Part shown: piece by piece, positions 1 through 8,015 of the stretch
How positions within the stretch are numbered: position 1 is the first letter of the stretch
Layout: each line of letters begins with the position of its first letter
Origin: Planctomycetales bacterium
Lineage (GTDB): Bacteria > 4484-113
DNA: 20,443 bases
Direction of reading: 5' to 3'
Assembly: GCA_037445915.1 (NCBI GenBank)
Contig: JBBIJQ010000031.1
Span: forward strand, 1 to 20,443
Made by a program: the position numbers and the translations under genes
The notes under the pieces: generated by a model
Told to the model about the DNA's origin: nothing
Database searches by the model: none
What the model saw: the letters and a program-made list of their open reading frames with translations, nothing else

Positions 1-652
1 GGTAGAGGTTATGGCTGTAGCCGGGAGCGTCAAGACTTCCATTGTCGTGAATGGAACACGCCATTATGTATTGATGCTGCGCCTCCTCTCCTTTACCGTT
101 AGACATTATTCCCATGTCGCAGTAGCTAATCTCGCAGTTCATCACTTTCACGTTGTTCGCTGCGTTTATCCTTACTCCCGCGCCATTATGCGATGAATTA
201 CGGGCGTTTTTGATTCTTAAGTTCCACACAGAGCTTCCGCTGGCTTCCATGTCAAACTGGAATACCGCGCGAGGGATTTCGCCCACACCACTGTAATCAA
301 AGCCGCTGCCGTCAATCGTGACCGGCCTGCGGTGTTCCCCCGCTTCCATGCCACTTATGTCATCGTCGCCGGGGACTGCGCCAATGAAGGAGATATTTGG
401 CTTACGGACGAGAATGGCCACATTGCGGTATGGTTCGCCATCTGGCCGCGGGTATATTCCAATGACGTCCCCCGGCTGCGCGGCGTCGTAGGCGGCCTGG
501 ATGGTCGGATAGTCATAGCCGACGCCAACGGTCAAGGTTCTGCGCTCTTGTGCTCGCGCGTTTCCCAGTGAAACGGAACTCATAGCTATGAAAACGAAGA
601 TTGCTGCGATGACCGCAGCGATATTCAGTGCAACTTTCGGATTCGTTTTCAT
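1..652 (-). CDS. Secreted right-handed parallel beta-helix (pectin-lyase-like fold) protein, 3' end runs off the window
   Basis: Absent from the ORF track because it has no stop in the window. Manual translation from ATG 652 gives MKTNPKVALNIAAVIAAIFVFIAMSS... (signal-like), then TLTVGVGYDYPTIQAAYDAAQPGDVI, NGAGVRINAANNVKVMNCEISYCDMGI and IHDNGSLDAPGYSHNLY, all typical of beta-helix proteins. The frame is open to position 2. Confidence 0.8.
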   Translation of the reverse strand, partial: MKTNPKVALNIAAVIAAIFVFIAMSSVSLGNARAQERRTLTVGVGYDYPTIQAAYDAAQPGDVIGIYPRPDGEPYRNVAILVRKPNISFIGAVPGDDDISGMEAGEHRRPVTIDGSGFDYSGVGEIPRAVFQFDMEASGSSVWNLRIKNARNSSHNGAGVRINAANNVKVMNCEISYCDMGIMSNGKGEEAQHQYIMACSIHDNGSLDAPGYSHNLY

Positions 653-727
653 ACAGCGCCCCCGAGGGTTACGTAACACACTAAGCATACCTCAAAGCGA
701 GCTTCGCTGCCACGCAGCCAGCCAGGA

Positions 728-736
728 TGCTAGACT
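728..736 (+). promoter_or_regulatory. Extended -10 element (TGnTAGACT) 6 nt before the GTG of DUF554; probable leaderless start
   Basis: TGCTAGACT-caatac-GTG, with no Shine-Dalgarno in between. Confidence 0.45.
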
Positions 737-742
737 CAATAC

Positions 743-1450
743 GTGCTTGGGACGCTCTTGAACATCGCCACAATTACTGCAGGCTCGGCGCTGGGCATCG
801 CCGCCGGCGCGCGCATACCCGACAAGACGCGAATGACATTCCTCGCGGCGCTGGGAGCGGTCACGGTTGTCTTCGGCGCGAGCATGGGCATAAAGACCGC
901 GAACATCCTCGTGCCGCTTGCAGGCCTCGTTATCGGCACGCTTATCGGCGAGGCGCTGGACTTGGACGGGCGGTTGGAGGCTGCGGGCGAGAAACTAAAG
1001 AAGCGCTTTGCGTCGGGCGAGAAGCACAGCCGCTTCGTGGAAGGCTTCACAACCGCGTCTATACTATTTTGCGTTGGGCCAATGACAGTGCTTGGCAGCA
1101 TTGAGGACGGGCTGGGACTGGGCATACGCCTGCTCGCCATCAAATCGCTGTTGGACGGTATCGCCAGCGCCACCTTCGCCGCCGCGCTCGGCATCGGCGT
1201 GTGGTTCTCGGCGATTACCGTGCTCATAGTGCAGGGAAGCATCACGTTGTTCGCTGGCTCATTGCAGGACGTGATGACGCCAGAACTGGTCGCAGAGCTG
1301 TCAGCCTGCGGCGGATTCATGATGATTGTCATCGGGCTTGGATTGCTTGGCGCTACGAAGGCGCGCGCAACGAACATGCTGCCGGGGCTAGTGGTTACGC
1401 CACTTATCGTGGTTGCCCTAAACGCGATTAATCTAAGCTGGAAGATCTAA
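743..1450 (+). CDS. DUF554 family membrane protein
   Basis: 235 aa, hydrophobic, with MLGTLLN, FVEGFTTASILFCVGPMTVLGSIEDGL, KSLLDG and NMLPGL motifs. Confidence 0.9.
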   Translation: MLGTLLNIATITAGSALGIAAGARIPDKTRMTFLAALGAVTVVFGASMGIKTANILVPLAGLVIGTLIGEALDLDGRLEAAGEKLKKRFASGEKHSRFVEGFTTASILFCVGPMTVLGSIEDGLGLGIRLLAIKSLLDGIASATFAAALGIGVWFSAITVLIVQGSITLFAGSLQDVMTPELVAELSACGGFMMIVIGLGLLGATKARATNMLPGLVVTPLIVVALNAINLSWKI

Positions 1451-1463
1451 CGCGCTCACGAAG

Positions 1464-1487
1464 AAGGGCTAAGGGATAAGGGGTAAG
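1464..1487 (+). repeat. Heptamer tandem array (AAGGGNT), left arm of an inverted pair
   Basis: aagggct aagggat aaggggt aag. Confidence 0.8.
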
Positions 1488-1509
1488 TCCAGATGAGCGA
1501 AGGCGGTTG

Positions 1510-1871
1510 TCAGGCTAGCGAAGTCACTAACGCGTTCAGCATCTTCTGGATTTCAATCAGACCCGATTCCAACTTTGCATCATCTTCAGGCGAAATGTAG
1601 CCCAAGTCCGATGCGATTATTCGCAGTGTGTCTAATTCGGCGATAGAGCATAATGCGTGATAGGAAAACTGACGATACTCGTTCCTGTGTTGGCGTGCCC
1701 CTCGGTAATGTTAGCAGGAACTGAGACGGCGGCGCGCCTCATCTGCGAGGTCAACCCGTATATCTCGTTACTGGAAAAGTTCCTCGTCAACTTATTAACG
1801 AATTTCGCAAGCGCGATGGACTTTTTCCAAAGTGCAAGATACCGATAGCTCTTAATGTTGTTGTCCGGCAA
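1510..1871 (-). pseudogene. Four-helix-bundle protein (23S rRNA IVS protein / bAvd-like family), frameshifted
   Basis: N-terminal half reads KSYRYLALWKKSIAL...EIYGLTSQMRRAAVSVPANITEGH. After a shift near 1692 the other frame gives RQHRNEYRQFSYHALCSIAELDTLRIIASDLGYIS...IQKMLNALVTSLA-TGA (stop 1510-1512). The span is 362 nt, not a multiple of 3. Confidence 0.85.
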
Positions 1872-1892
1872 TGGGTTGTTATACGCTCCGGT

Positions 1893-1922
1893 TTACCCCT
1901 TACCCCTTGCCCCTTATCCCTT
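1893..1922 (-). repeat. Heptamer tandem array (AAGGGGT on the minus strand), right arm of the inverted pair
   Basis: Plus strand: tt acccctt acccctt gcccctt atccctt. Confidence 0.8.
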
Positions 1923-1985
1923 GTTCAATTCAAATAAAAGTCGAACGCTTAAGACAGGACTTAGATTGAACATACTGCAGCTGAC

Positions 1986-2519
1986 TCATTTCTTCTTCCC
2001 GTGCTGGCCGATGTGACCGCGGTAGAAGTAGCGGCTGTCGGCGATTGAAACGAAGCTCTGGTCATCAATTATGGACGCGATGTTCAAGCATTCCTTCAAG
2101 TTCTTGCGCGGGACAATGCTAAACAACATGTCCACTTCGCCTTCCTTGCCATGCCCACGAAGCATCGTCGCGCCGAAGTCGCGCGCCCACAGCCCGCGCG
2201 CAATTTCCTTGCCTTTGTCGCGGCTGATGATGCGAAGTTGTGCATAGCCGATAGCGAATTTCTCCTCCAGCAGCATCCCGATGAATGTCCCGGCTGCGAA
2301 ACCGCCCGAGTATGCGAGCATCAGAATCGGGTTATCAATGTTTCCAATCACTTGGCTGATGGCGAATATGAAGATAGTCACTTCAATGAAACTTATGCCC
2401 GTTGAGAGGTACTTGCGCCCCTGGAGCGTGTAAATCGTGCGTATCGTGCCCATGGACACGTCGCAGACGCGCAGGATGAATATCAACGCAAAAGCAAGGT
2501 AAAAGTTATCAGGCAGCAT
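1986..2519 (-). CDS. UPF0316 / DUF2179 (DUF5698) family membrane protein
   Basis: IFILRVCDVSMGTIR, FIEVTIFI and YSGGFAAGTFIG motifs, and a C-terminal GATMLRGHGKEG domain. Confidence 0.88.
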   Translation of the reverse strand: MLPDNFYLAFALIFILRVCDVSMGTIRTIYTLQGRKYLSTGISFIEVTIFIFAISQVIGNIDNPILMLAYSGGFAAGTFIGMLLEEKFAIGYAQLRIISRDKGKEIARGLWARDFGATMLRGHGKEGEVDMLFSIVPRKNLKECLNIASIIDDQSFVSIADSRYFYRGHIGQHGKKK

Positions 2520-2526
2520 GGGAAGA

Positions 2527-2535
2527 ATGATAGCA
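2527..2535 (-). promoter_or_regulatory. Extended -10 element (TGnTATCAT) 7 nt before ATG 2519; probable leaderless start
   Basis: Minus strand reads TGCTATCAT-tcttccc-ATG, with no SD. Confidence 0.45.
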
Positions 2536-2546
2536 GAGGTAATCGG

Positions 2547-2680
2547 CAGTTCGTAGTTGGTAGTTCGGTTACCAGAGCGTCTCTACCTCCTTTAGCAAGA
2601 CTATGGAGGCTTCTGTTAGCATCGCCTGTCCACTTCATCGTTCTTTGGAATCCCATCTGCCATCTGCGAGCTGCCATCCC
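2547..2680. repeat. Second pair of inverted heptamer arrays (consensus YAGNTSG) enclosing about 85 bp
   Basis: 2547-2567 reads cagttcg tagttgg tagttcg. 2653-2680 reads ccatctg ccatctg cgagctg ccatccc (minus strand gggatgg cagctcg cagatgg cagatgg). Confidence 0.6.
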
Positions 2681-2686
2681 TTGCCC

Positions 2687-2755
2687 AGATTCCAGAGTGG
2701 CACTGAAGTGCCGTCTACCCGAATAACCCAGAGCCGAGCTAAAGCCTCGGCCTAC
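2687..2755 (-). repeat. Two GTAG-type REP-like hairpins downstream of the ABC operon
   Basis: Minus strand: GTAGGCCGAGGCTTTAGCTCGGC-TCTGG and GTAGACGGCACTTCAGTGCCAC-TCTGGAATCT. Confidence 0.75.
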
Positions 2756-2775
2756 GGTTTCTTATGTATTGCTGG

Positions 2776-4539
2776 CTACAGGCTCAGGGCGGCCTGGAGT
2801 TCTTCGCGGGTGAGGAAGGAACGGTATTCCTCGCAGGTTGCGGCGAGTTCTTCGTGCGTGCCTGCGCCGACAAGCCTGCCGCCGGAGAGGACGTAGATGA
2901 TGTCGGCCTGGCGCGCTGTGGCTAGGCGGTGGGTGACGATGAGGCAGGCGGCGCCGGGGAAGGTCTCGGTGAACATCGCCCAGAACGCGCGCTCGTTTTC
3001 CGCGTCAAGGCTCGCCGTGCAATCGTCCATCAGCAGCACGTCAGGCCCGCCAGCGACTGCTCGCGCTATGGCGAGACGCTGTTTCTGGCCGCCGGAAACG
3101 GTCAACCCCTTTTGCCCAAGCACCTGGTTCAGCCCTTGCGGCATAGCTTCCATCTCGGCATAGACCTGCGCGACCTTGAGCGAATGCAACGCTATGTCCT
3201 CGTCAATCGCGCGGCCAAAGCGCACATTGTCCAACACGCTTTCGGAGAACAGCGTCGCTTCTTGCGGGATATAGCCCACGAGCTTGCGGTATTCGCGAAT
3301 GTCGTATTCTTTCAGCGGGACACCGTTTACGATGACCTCGCCCTCTGTCGGCGGGATGATGCCCGCTGCAATTTTGATGAGCGTTGACTTTCCGCTACCC
3401 ACTTCGCCCACGATAGCGGCCTTCTCGCCGCGCTTAAGCGTTAGGTTCACGCCTTCCAGCGCCGGGGACAAGCCTGTGTCATAAGTGAAGCCCACGTTGC
3501 ACAGCTCCACAGTGTCCACTTCTGCGATGGCGTTTTCGCCGAGGTAGAAGCCTTCAGTACCGCCTTCGGTTTCCTCAATCTCAATTTCGCGGTCAATGCT
3601 TGCGAACGCCTGGCGGCTGGTCACAAACAGGTTCGGGATGTCCATCAGCGGCGCGAGCATCAGCGAAAGGTAAACGTAGAATGCGTAGAACTCGCCGATG
3701 GTCAGCTTGCCGTTGATGACCATCATGCCGCCGGCGACTATGACGATTATCTGGCCGAGGAACTGGATGCCGAAGTATATGTTGCCGACGCCCATCCAAA
3801 GGCGAGTCATGCTCAGTTCCACGCGGATGCGCTCGTCAAGGATGTTGCGGAAGGCGTCTGCCTGCTTGCGCTCGCCGTTAAACGCCTTCAAAATGCGCAC
3901 GCCGGAGAACGCCGCCTCCAGCGCATCGTTTGTGCGCGAAATCATTTTCTGGCGCATCTGCGCGCGCTGGCCGAGCACGATGCGAATGCGGTAGAAGATG
4001 TAAAGCATTATTGGCAGCGGGATGATGGACAGCAGCGTTAGCTGCCAGTTCATCATGAGCATAAACACAACGCAGAAAATGAACTTGCTTGCCGACTCCA
4101 CCGCGCGGAAGATGCCGCTGCAGCAGAACCACGCAATCTTGGGGAAGCCGCCGATGTCGTCGGTCAGGCGCGTCACCAAATCGCCGGTGCGGAAGCGCTG
4201 GAAAAAGCGGTGGCCCTTGCCGATGATCTCAGTGAAGTAATGGCGGCGGATGTCCATTTCCAGCTTGCCGTTAAGCATCGCGCGAAAGCCGGGATAGAAG
4301 TTGGCGATGCTGCGCGCCAGGCCTATCGCCGCTATGAGCGCGATAAGCTTCCATGTCGTCGTTCCCGCAAGCTCCGGCCGCCCCTGCGCCAGCGCTTTCT
4401 CCAGCCCGTCCAGCAGGTAACGGAACACCAGCGGGTAGCCGATGGTCACCGCGCTTGACAGCAGCGTGAGGAATGCGAGCACGACCAGCCAGCCACGGTG
4501 CGGCCGCCAGAAGCGCCATATCCAGCGGATATGCTTCAT
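2776..4539 (-). CDS. ABC exporter fused TMD-NBD subunit with degenerate Walker B (MdlA/YheI-like)
   Basis: Multiple TM segments, GEVGSGKS, VSGGQKQR, LLMDDCT (Asp in place of the catalytic Glu) and VTHRL. ATGA overlap with the partner gene. Confidence 0.93.
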   Translation of the reverse strand: MKHIRWIWRFWRPHRGWLVVLAFLTLLSSAVTIGYPLVFRYLLDGLEKALAQGRPELAGTTTWKLIALIAAIGLARSIANFYPGFRAMLNGKLEMDIRRHYFTEIIGKGHRFFQRFRTGDLVTRLTDDIGGFPKIAWFCCSGIFRAVESASKFIFCVVFMLMMNWQLTLLSIIPLPIMLYIFYRIRIVLGQRAQMRQKMISRTNDALEAAFSGVRILKAFNGERKQADAFRNILDERIRVELSMTRLWMGVGNIYFGIQFLGQIIVIVAGGMMVINGKLTIGEFYAFYVYLSLMLAPLMDIPNLFVTSRQAFASIDREIEIEETEGGTEGFYLGENAIAEVDTVELCNVGFTYDTGLSPALEGVNLTLKRGEKAAIVGEVGSGKSTLIKIAAGIIPPTEGEVIVNGVPLKEYDIREYRKLVGYIPQEATLFSESVLDNVRFGRAIDEDIALHSLKVAQVYAEMEAMPQGLNQVLGQKGLTVSGGQKQRLAIARAVAGGPDVLLMDDCTASLDAENERAFWAMFTETFPGAACLIVTHRLATARQADIIYVLSGGRLVGAGTHEELAATCEEYRSFLTREELQAALSL

Positions 4540-6341
4540 GGTGCGCGCTCCCCGGCCGCGCTTTGTGCAGGCCCCGCAAATTGCAGGCGGAAAAGCTTCG
4601 CATACAGCCCGCCAAGCTTCAGCAGATCTTCATGTCGCCCGTGTTCAGCGACTTTGCCCTCGTGGATAAGCAGTATTTCGTCAGCGTTAAGGATAGTGCT
4701 GAGGCGGTGCGCCACAATGACAGCAGTGCGCCCTGCAAGCACGCGGTCAAGCGCAGCCTGCACCAGCCGCTCGGTATGCGGGTCAACGGAGCTTGTCGCC
4801 TCGTCCAGCACCAGCAGCGGCGGGTTGTATGCCAGCGCGCGCGCGAAGCTCATAAGCTGGCGCTCGCCCACCGACAGGTTCGCGCCGCGCTCGGACAGCT
4901 CGCCTTCGTAGCCGCCGGGCAGTTTTTCAATAATGCCGTCGGCATGCGCCACTTTGCTTATGGCGCGCACATGCTCCATCGATATCGTTTCGTCAAAGAC
5001 GCGCAGGTTGTCGGCGACGCTGCCGGGAAAGAGGAATATGTCTTGCAGCACGAGGCCGATGCGGCTTCGCCATTCGCGCACCGGGAAGTCGCGGATGTCG
5101 CGCCCGTCCACGGTGATGCGCCCGCCCTGCGGGTCGTAGAAGCGCAGCAGCAGGTTCACGACAGTGCTCTTCCCGCCGCCGCTCGTGCCCACCAGCGCAA
5201 GCTTGCTGCCCTTGGGTATCTTGAAGCTTACGTCGCGCAGGATGAAGTTCTCGCCCTCGTAGGCAAACCACACGTTCTCAAACGCGATTTCGTGCTCAAA
5301 CTTCAGCTCCGACGCGAGCGCGGGGCCGTCCTGCACCGAGGGCTCGGTTTCAAGGATGCTGAACACGCGCTCCACCGACACGAGCGACCGCTGGAGGAAG
5401 TTAATCTGCTCCGAGAGCTGCATAATCGGCTGGAACATCTGGCGTATGTATTCAATGAACAGCACGAGCACGCCGACGGTCACTGTCCCCGCGAACACGC
5501 CGCGCACGCCGATGGTCAACACGATAATGATGGCGATAATCTCGCCGAGCATGAACACGCCCCAGAAGCCGTACTCAATGAAATGCGTCGGAACTTCTAT
5601 GCGGTACTTGCCAAGGTTTACTTCCTGCAGGCGCTCGCGGGCGCGCGGCTGGTAGTTGAACTGCTGGATAACTTCAATGCCCTGCACGTATTCAGTTACA
5701 TAGCCCGTCAGAATTGCCCACCGGGTACGCATCTCCCGCCACATCTTCTTCATGTAATAGACGAAGAAGAAGGTCAGCCCGAAGAGGAACGGCACCAGCA
5801 GCATCACATACGCGGCGATGTGCAGGTTCTTCACGCACAGCACGACAAGGATTCCCGCGAAGAGCATCGTGTTGCGCAGCAGGTTCACCATTATGTCGCT
5901 GAAAAGCTGGCGCAGCGTCTCGGTGTCGCCCTCCACCCGGGCGATGAGCTTACCCGGCGGCATGTTCTCGTGGTAGTCCAGGCCGAGCATCAGCACGTGC
6001 TCAAACAAGCGCGCCTTCACGTCTGTGACGATGTTGATGCCGAGCTGGAACAGCGTCATCACTTGCAGGTAGCCCACTCCAGCTCCCATCGCCGCAATGG
6101 CGATGTAAAAGCCTGCGGAACGGAACACGCCTGCGATGTCCCGCGCGGGGATGTTCTTGTCAATGATGTGTTGCAGGACGAGCGGGCCAACGAGCTGCGC
6201 TGCGGTGATGACGACGAGGTAGGCGAGGGAAGCGTAAAGCAAACGTGCGTGCGGGCGGAACAGGGGGATGATATTGGGAACCAGCTCCCTGAGTGTTTGG
6301 CGCCGAACGCCCTCTTCAGCTTCACGGAAATGCCAGTGCAT
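4536..6341 (-). CDS. ABC exporter fused TMD-NBD subunit with consensus Walker B (MdlB/YheH-like)
   Basis: GTSGGGKS, degenerate signature LSVGERQ, LVLDEATSSVD and VAHRLST. Confidence 0.93.
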   Translation of the reverse strand: MHWHFREAEEGVRRQTLRELVPNIIPLFRPHARLLYASLAYLVVITAAQLVGPLVLQHIIDKNIPARDIAGVFRSAGFYIAIAAMGAGVGYLQVMTLFQLGINIVTDVKARLFEHVLMLGLDYHENMPPGKLIARVEGDTETLRQLFSDIMVNLLRNTMLFAGILVVLCVKNLHIAAYVMLLVPFLFGLTFFFVYYMKKMWREMRTRWAILTGYVTEYVQGIEVIQQFNYQPRARERLQEVNLGKYRIEVPTHFIEYGFWGVFMLGEIIAIIIVLTIGVRGVFAGTVTVGVLVLFIEYIRQMFQPIMQLSEQINFLQRSLVSVERVFSILETEPSVQDGPALASELKFEHEIAFENVWFAYEGENFILRDVSFKIPKGSKLALVGTSGGGKSTVVNLLLRFYDPQGGRITVDGRDIRDFPVREWRSRIGLVLQDIFLFPGSVADNLRVFDETISMEHVRAISKVAHADGIIEKLPGGYEGELSERGANLSVGERQLMSFARALAYNPPLLVLDEATSSVDPHTERLVQAALDRVLAGRTAVIVAHRLSTILNADEILLIHEGKVAEHGRHEDLLKLGGLYAKLFRLQFAGPAQSAAGERAP

Positions 6342-6426
6342 CGTTTAGTTTTAGCCGGGGGGATAAGTATACCGCTGAGCGGAATGCTTCAGACCGGAAA
6401 TTGTAACAATAACGTCATATGTAACC

Positions 6427-6914
6427 GTAGGCCGTGGCTTTAGCCCGGCTGCGGGGATGGGATTAGGGTTGGGGGGTAAGGGCAGGAACAGATGGTAGGA
6501 CGGAGAACGTAGAAGGTAGAACGGGGAGGCGGTGCTCACCAGCGCAACCGTGCAGACTTCTCTTGGTCGCACATGCGTCCCGCTTGTGCATTAAGCCGCA
6601 CGGACGGGACGTCTGTGCCACCTTTTAGATTCCAGAGGCACACTACCCTCCTCCGCTAAAGCTACGGCGGGCAAGAAGTACGGCCTACATATTGTTGAGC
6701 GGTTCTGAAGAGCCGACTACCCGGGGAAGTTACTCGCGGGCAAAAATTAGTTAGCGCGGTACAAGTCCGCGCCCTACACTCCGGAGCGGGACTAAAGCCC
6801 CGCCCTCCAACCGAGATTCAGATTCCAGAGCCAGGCTAAAGCCTGGCCTACGGGGATTAAGGCATAGGTTTGTAGTTTGAGGCGAATCTAGAGCGGCACT
6901 AAATTGCCGTCTAC
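6427..6914. repeat. Cluster of diverse REP-like hairpins, an inverted REP doublet and a heptamer array
   Basis: GTAG/GGAG plus hairpin units at 6427-6449 (+), and 6627-6688, 6697-6720, 6754-6777, 6785-6808, 6820-6851 and 6893-6914 (all minus). Inverted doublet at 6566-6621. Heptamers at 6494-6528. Confidence 0.8.
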
Positions 6915-6940
6915 AAGATAGTAGTAGGTACAAAGGTTTA

Positions 6941-6969
6941 TTGACGCCCCCAGCGCCCCATCCTAGAAT
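6941..6969 (+). promoter_or_regulatory. Sigma70-type promoter upstream of the methyltransferase
   Basis: TTGACG (6941-6946), 17 bp spacer, TAGAAT (6964-6969). Confidence 0.6.
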
Positions 6970-7106
6970 CAGCGGGCCTGTGCATGAGCACTTACACACG
7001 CCTGCGACCGCGCGCGACAACGGAGGCCGACATTGAGGCTAACACGAATACTGCTTGCTCTAACCCAACCTGCCACCTGAGCTATACTCCTTAGCGAGAT
7101 GGCGCG

Positions 7107-7955
7107 ATGCCCAAGATAATTCATGGAGACAACCTGAAGGCGCTGCAAGAGATAGCGGACGACTCAGTCCATCTCATCTACATTGACCCGCCGTTCAACA
7201 CAGGCAAGGCACAAAGGCAGGAAAGGTTGCGGACGACGAGGGATAATGCAGGCGACCGCACAGGATTTAAGGGGCAGCGCTACCGGACGGAGAGCATCGG
7301 TGAGCACGCCTTTCCCGACGACTTTGCCGATTACATAGAGTTTCTTAGGCCGCGAATGCACGAGGCGCACCGCGTGCTTGCCGTAAATGGCTCGCTGTTC
7401 CTGCACGTTGACTACCGCGAAGTTCATTACTGCAAAGTAATGCTGGACGGCATCTTTGGGCGCAAGTCGTTTATCAACGAGATTATTTGGGCATACGATT
7501 ACGGGGCTCGCAGCAAGCGGCGCTGGCCCGCAAAGCACGACAACATCCTTTGGTACGCGAAAGACCCATCGCGCTACACATTCAACTACGATGAGATTGA
7601 CCGTATCCCCTACCTTGCGCCGGGGCTTGTGGGGGCTGAGAAAGCCAAGCGCGGCAAAACGCCGACTGACGTTTGGTGGCAGACCATCGTGCCGACGAAT
7701 GGCCCTGAGCGCACCGGCTATCCCACACAGAAACCGCTGGCTATTCTGGAACGTATCATCCGCGTACACAGCAATCCCGGCGAGGTTGTGTTGGACTTCT
7801 TCGCAGGGAGCGGAACGACCGGCGAGGCGGCTGCGAAGCTTGAGCGCAACTTTATTCTCGTTGACATAAGCAAAGAAGCGGTCGCAGTGATGAAGAAGCG
7901 TTTGGCATTCACCAGCCCCGAGGTTGTTAAGCTGCGCAGCCGAGGGCAGCGGTAA
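7107..7955 (+). CDS. Site-specific DNA methyltransferase, N4/N6 amino-MTase, beta-class motif order; no cognate endonuclease nearby
   Basis: IIHGDNL, catalytic YIDPPFN, YPTQKP and SAM-binding VLDFFAGSGTT. Confidence 0.93.
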   Translation: MPKIIHGDNLKALQEIADDSVHLIYIDPPFNTGKAQRQERLRTTRDNAGDRTGFKGQRYRTESIGEHAFPDDFADYIEFLRPRMHEAHRVLAVNGSLFLHVDYREVHYCKVMLDGIFGRKSFINEIIWAYDYGARSKRRWPAKHDNILWYAKDPSRYTFNYDEIDRIPYLAPGLVGAEKAKRGKTPTDVWWQTIVPTNGPERTGYPTQKPLAILERIIRVHSNPGEVVLDFFAGSGTTGEAAAKLERNFILVDISKEAVAVMKKRLAFTSPEVVKLRSRGQR

Positions 7956-8015
7956 GCCTAGGCGCGCCAGCCGCGCTTGGTGTAATATAGCCGTATCTGA
8001 TAAAAGGGGTGGGAA

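Noticed and set aside
1510-1871. Diversity-generating retroelement or 23S rRNA intervening sequence
   Set aside because: No reverse transcriptase, template/variable repeat pair or rRNA sequence is visible in the window.
2776-6341. Asymmetric ATP sites in the ABC pair as a novelty
   Set aside because: This is a standard property of heterodimeric exporters. Only the gene order (consensus Walker B subunit first) is slightly atypical.
4473-6443. 656 aa plus-strand ORF
   Set aside because: It is the antisense shadow of the ABC subunit, has no recognisable motifs, and is explained by the codon bias of the real gene.
6427-6914. CRISPR array interpretation of the hairpin cluster
   Set aside because: The repeats are not identical, the spacing is irregular, and there are no cas genes.
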